Shown in pieces: positions 63,070 to 64,000 of a DNA stretch of 64,000 nucleotides. The stretch is taken from contig CAZIPT010000002.1 of NCBI GenBank assembly GCA_964541375.1, positions 445 to 64,444 of the forward strand, given 5' to 3'. How positions within the stretch are numbered: the stretch's first letter is position 1; every line of letters begins with the position of its first letter. A program made the translations under genes and the position numbers. Under the pieces are notes generated by a model. The model was not told the origin of the DNA. It saw nothing but the letters and a program-made list of their open reading frames with translations, and searched no databases. This DNA comes from an uncultured Eubacteriales bacterium (lineage in GTDB: Bacteria; Actinomycetota; Coriobacteriia; Anaerosomatales; JAAXUF01).

Positions 63070-64000
63070 ATGCCGAGGATCACAATCGGGCTGATCGGGT
63101 ACGGCTACTGGGGCCCGAACCTACTGCGCAACTATATGGAGCAGGAGTCGGCCAACCCCAAGTGGGTCTGCGATATTAGCGCGGAGCGACTTGAGACGGC
63201 CGCCGCCCGGTATCCATCCGTGCGCACCACGACTTCTGTCGAAGAAGTCATCGGCGACCCCGAGGTCGACGCTGTTCTGATCGCGACTCCGATCTCGACG
63301 CATCATTCGCTGGCGATGCAGGCCCCCGCCGCGGGCAAGCCCGTTTTCGTCGAAAAGCCGCCTTCCACGAGCGTTGCAGAGTGTGACGAGATGTGCGCCG
63401 CCGCGGACGCCGCCGGTCTCGTTCTCATGGTCGGCCATACCTTCGTGTACAGCCCGCCTGTGCGCTCCGTGAAGCAGATACTCGACTCCGGGGAGCTGGG
63501 AGACGTCTACTTCATCACGTGCTCGCGTGTGAACCTCGGCCTGCATCAGAAGGATGTCAGTGTCGTCTGGGATCTGGCTCCCCATGACCTCTCGATTCTG
63601 GAGTACTGGCTCGGCGAGGAGCCTGTTTCGGTTCAGGCGATGGGCCGGAGCTGCATCAACAACGGTATCCCGGATGTCGCGTTCCTCAACGTGCGCTATG
63701 CGACCGGGATCATCGCGGAGCTGCAGGTCTCTTGGCTCTCCCCGGTGAAGCTGCGCCGAACCATCATCGTCGGCAGCAAGAAGATGCTTATGTACGACGA
63801 CACGGAGAGCGTCGAGAAGGTGAAGATCTTCGACCAGGGCGTGGACTACAAGGATCCCGAGACCTTCGGAGAATTCCAGCTTTCGTATCGGACGGGGGAC
63901 ATTCACGCTCCCCGGATAGAGAACAAGGAGCCTCTGAGGGTGGAGGCGGGGCATTTCCTCGAGTGTGTGGCGAGCGGTCTTCGGCCCATGACGGACGGCT
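63070..64000 (+). CDS. Gfo/Idh/MocA-family NAD-dependent sugar oxidoreductase (WbpB-like), 3' end outside the window
   Basis: My own translation gives MPRITIGLIGYGYWGPNLLRNY...AVLIATPISTHHSLAMQAPAAGKPVFVEKP...MVGHTFVYSP. The frame is open to the window end, which is why the ORF track lacks it. The track's 63121-63954 minus ORF is its shadow. Confidence 0.8.
   Translation, partial: MPRITIGLIGYGYWGPNLLRNYMEQESANPKWVCDISAERLETAAARYPSVRTTTSVEEVIGDPEVDAVLIATPISTHHSLAMQAPAAGKPVFVEKPPSTSVAECDEMCAAADAAGLVLMVGHTFVYSPPVRSVKQILDSGELGDVYFITCSRVNLGLHQKDVSVVWDLAPHDLSILEYWLGEEPVSVQAMGRSCINNGIPDVAFLNVRYATGIIAELQVSWLSPVKLRRTIIVGSKKMLMYDDTESVEKVKIFDQGVDYKDPETFGEFQLSYRTGDIHAPRIENKEPLRVEAGHFLECVASGLRPMTDG

Noticed and set aside
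63121-63954. 277-aa minus-strand ORF, the only track ORF covering the last kilobase.
   Set aside because: The + strand frame starting at ATG 63070 translates to a clean Gfo/Idh/MocA Rossmann protein. It is missing from the track only because it has no stop within the window.
1-64000. Search for CRISPR arrays, IS elements, integrases, prophage genes, rRNA and tRNA.
   Set aside because: I saw no direct-repeat/spacer periodicity, no transposase or recombinase motifs in any supplied translation, and no rRNA- or tRNA-like conserved blocks.

Overview
High-GC, densely coding chromosomal segment. I found no rRNA or tRNA genes, no CRISPR array, and no recognisable transposase, integrase or phage genes. 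Inferred source: an anaerobic, probably monoderm Actinomycetota-like bacterium, based on GC-rich codon usage, many lipobox and Tat/Sec signals, rubrerythrin, a DUF4012 protein, a selenoprotein and multihaem cytochrome c. Layout: (i) 1-17.3 kb holds miscellaneous genes: the 3' end of a P1B-type ATPase, two paralogous repeat lipoproteins, a LysR regulator, hisG, rubrerythrin, a PadR / membrane protein / toastrack operon, a PatB-like lyase, two MBL hydrolases and an Ada/Ogt fusion. (ii) 17.7-22.3 kb encodes envelope beta-propeller and TPR proteins (BNR, TPR, NHL). (iii) 22.4-31.7 kb is the most unusual part. A candidate Moco riboswitch precedes an operon for a Tat-exported, selenocysteine (in-frame UGA plus SECIS) FdnG-like molybdoenzyme. 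That enzyme is about 400 aa longer than classical enzymes. It is followed by an FdnH-like 4Fe-4S subunit, a hexahaem c-type cytochrome, a polytopic membrane protein and a lipoprotein, with a convergent radical SAM/SPASM gene. (iv) 33-40.4 kb holds an aldo/keto reductase, small lipoprotein and membrane genes, DUF4012, and a surface glycoside-hydrolase-like gene broken by one in-frame TAA. (v) 40.9-64 kb is a mosaic cell-surface glycan locus. It contains five or six glycosyltransferases, a Wzz/BY-kinase, Wzy-like and Wzx proteins, acyltransferases, deacetylases, a WbpB/E/D-like diamino-sugar set and a priming sugar transferase. It also contains an unusual FkbH / ACP / Cys-less AsnB-like cassette. 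All functional calls come from motif recognition in the supplied translations. No database search was possible.
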